Assembly: GCF_004010195.1 (NCBI RefSeq)
Contig: NC_057720.1
Location: 14,199,947 to 14,263,946, forward strand
Reading direction: 5' to 3'
DNA: 64,000 bases
Source of the DNA: Chiloscyllium plagiosum
Taxonomy: Eukaryota
Shown here: positions 61,747 to 64,000 of the stretch, one piece after another
Layout: the number at the start of each line of letters is the position of its first letter
Numbering within the stretch: the first letter of the stretch is position 1
Translations under genes and position numbers: made by a program
The notes under the pieces: generated by a model
The model's database searches: none
What the model was told of the DNA's origin: nothing
Seen by the model: the letters and a program-made list of their open reading frames with translations, nothing else

Positions 61747-62736
61747 TGCCTTTCCCTTGTAACTATTGATCCCTTATAGTTCAAATGTCTGTCCAACTCA
61801 GCCTTGGAAATATCCAATGACCTGGCATCTGCCACCCACTTGGGAAAGCACTCCTAAAAAAAGTGACCCTCTCAAAGAAGAAATTTCTCTTCATTGGCAC
61901 ATTAAATAGGAGAACCGTTATTTGTAAATAGTGACCACAGTTCATGATTCTTTCACAAGAGGAAAAATGCATCCAGCAGCTACTATGTCAAGCCCATGCA
62001 GAATCTTGTACGTTTCAATAACATCACCTCACTTTCTTTGAAATGCCAATAGGTACAATATACAATGTTCAACTCATAAAATAATCCCTTCATTCCAGCA
62101 ACCAGCCTAATGAGCCTTCTCTGAACTGTTTCAAATGTAAAGATATCACTCCTTGAGCAAGGTGAACTGTACATGATATGTTAGGTGAGTCACCAATATC
62201 CTGCATAATTGTAGCAAAACTTTCCTACTTTTACATGATACCTCACTTGCAATAAAGAGTAACATTCATTTGGTTCCTAATCACTTGGTGTACCTGTTTG
62301 CCAACCTTTTGTGGTTCTGTCCATTGCACTCTGCACTCAGTTTCAATAATATTCTACTTTTCCACCTACCTCGCCAACATGGACAATCTTAGATTAGCAC
62401 ACACTATACTCCACATGCCAAATTTTTGTCCGCTCACTTAACCTATCTATATGAAAAGCAAACTCTTTGCATCCTCCTCACAGCTTGCTTTCGTACAATC
62501 TTTGTATCATCAGCAAAGTTGATTACCACTTATTTGGTGACTCCATCCAGTTAGTTTGTTTGCCAATACATGAGGCCTCAACACTGACCCCAGTGGCACT
62601 TCACCATTTGCGACTGTAATTTGCAGTTTACCAACCTGAACATGACCCATTAATCCCATCTTTCTGCTCTCTGTTAGTTGGCCAATCCTCTATCCTCTTG
62701 AATCTATCAAACCCAACACACTGAACTCTTAACTTT

Positions 62737-62968
62737 ATAAAAGTTAAATACTGCAGATGTTAGAAACCTGAAATAACGACAGAAAGTACTGGGAAAACTC
62801 AACAGATTTGATAGCATCTGTGGAGAGAAAGCAGAGGTAATGTTTCGAGTCCAGTATAAATTTTGTTTAGAACCAAGTTCCAAAGAAGTCATACTGGACT
62901 CAAAGTATTAACTCTCCATAGATGCTGCCAGGCCTGCTGAGTTTTTCCAGCACTTTCTGTTTTCATTT
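62737..62968. mobile_element. Old palindromic PLE-derived element (family of 804-1040)
   Basis: Inverted arms tttcgagtccagtat and atactggactcaaa; agcatctgtggag and ctccatagatgct. Confidence 0.7.
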
Positions 62969-63147
62969 GGGCTCTTATATTTAATGTGAACCTTATTGAA
63001 TGTCTAATGGATATCTAAATACACCATATCCACTGTTTCCTCTTTATTGAGCTTGCTTATAAAATTGAAAGAAATCTAATAAATTTATCAAATACAATCT
63101 CCCTTTCATCCTGCTACTATCTCCTTATTAATGAATTCTAGTAACTT

Positions 63148-63815
63148 CACAGAATCACTGAATTGTTATGGTGCAGAAGGAGTCCACTCAGCCCTTCATA
63201 TCTGTGTCTCTGAACAAGATTTATGACTAAGCGCCTTTCTCTTGTGTTTTCCCTATATCCCTCAACATTGTTTCTGTTCAAATTACCATCCTAAGGCCCC
63301 TGAATACCTTGGTTGAATCTGCCTTTATTACACTTCTAGGCAATGTCTCGACTTAACCACTCGCTACATGAGGAGGTTTTGTTTTCTCAAATTGTATTTG
63401 TTTCTTTTGCAGATCACTTTAAATCTGCGCCTGTTCGCTCCTCATCCTTTTAAGAGTGGGAGCAATTTCTCCCTATCTGATTTCTCAAGACCCCTAAACA
63501 TTTTGAAAATTTCTTGTCACATTTCCTCTTAGCCTTCTCCTGTCCAAGGAAAACAGTGCTAAAATTCTCCAGTTTGGAGAATTCTCTCATATTTGAAGCT
63601 TCTCAACCCTGGAACCATTCTGATGAACCTCTTCTGCACTCTCTCCAACTTGTTCACATCCTCCCTGAACGGAAATGGCCAGCTAGATGAACTAGTGTTT
63701 TATGCTGATTCAGTATATCCTCCTTGCTCTTGTACTCTGTCCCCCTATTAGTGAAGCCCAGGATACTATATGTCTTATTAACTGCTCTCTCCAACTGTCC
63801 CACATTCTTTAAAGG
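63148..63815 (-). mobile_element. Old CR1 LINE 3' fragment
   Basis: ORF 63654-63863 YSILGFTNRGTEYKSKEDILN. Confidence 0.75.
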
Positions 63816-64000
63816 ACTACACCAATTTCTCAACTGGCTGTCACATTTTAAGAGCAGCTGCACTTCAAAGAGTACTTAATTGCCTGTTGGCACTTTGTGC
63901 TATAGACATTCAAGTCTTTTTCACTTTATTATTAGTCTTAAAATGTATTAGACTATGAGGAGAAACCTCTTTCTTGACTCCTAGGTGCCAAGTGGTCTAT

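Larger units (their letters stand above)
61345..63110 (-). mobile_element. Old CR1 LINE RT-to-3' fragment with nested insertions
   Basis: ORF 61983-62174 ETVQRRLIRLVAGMKGL. Minus tttgctgatgatac (FADD) near 62505-62518. Confidence 0.7.

Noticed and set aside
1..64000. Prokaryotic systems (retron, DGR, CRISPR, defence RT)
   Set aside because: All RT homology is eukaryotic retrotransposon type, and there are no operons or gene-dense coding regions.

Overview
This is eukaryotic vertebrate DNA, not prokaryotic. The repeat content (HE1-type V-SINEs, Deu-domain SINEs, abundant CR1 LINEs) points to a cartilaginous fish, probably a shark; this is inferred from remembered family consensus sequences. 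I found no host protein-coding exon that I can support, so the window looks intronic or intergenic. It is a dense nest of decayed retroelements: many CR1 LINE fragments (two span ORF1-end to ORF2, and one young copy has an open ORF2 across an assembly gap), a second CR1-group LINE with a partner SINE, and L2, RTE and L1-Tx1 fragments. There is also a decayed Gypsy pol and Penelope-like element (PLE) fragments with RT and GIY-YIG motifs. The most notable signal is a set of short PLE-terminal-repeat-derived elements from about 5 sequence families. They are often head-to-head palindromes, are flanked by 12-15 bp target-site duplications (TSDs), and carry minimal hammerhead ribozyme motifs (CUGAnGA-stem II-GAAA-CGUC with a loopless palindromic helix III). 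One near-perfect 93-bp-arm palindrome has an intact motif on each strand. Another has a compensatory U3-A8 core. There are two assembly gaps (17004-17287, 40214-40867). Boundaries were read by eye and are approximate unless fixed by a TSD.
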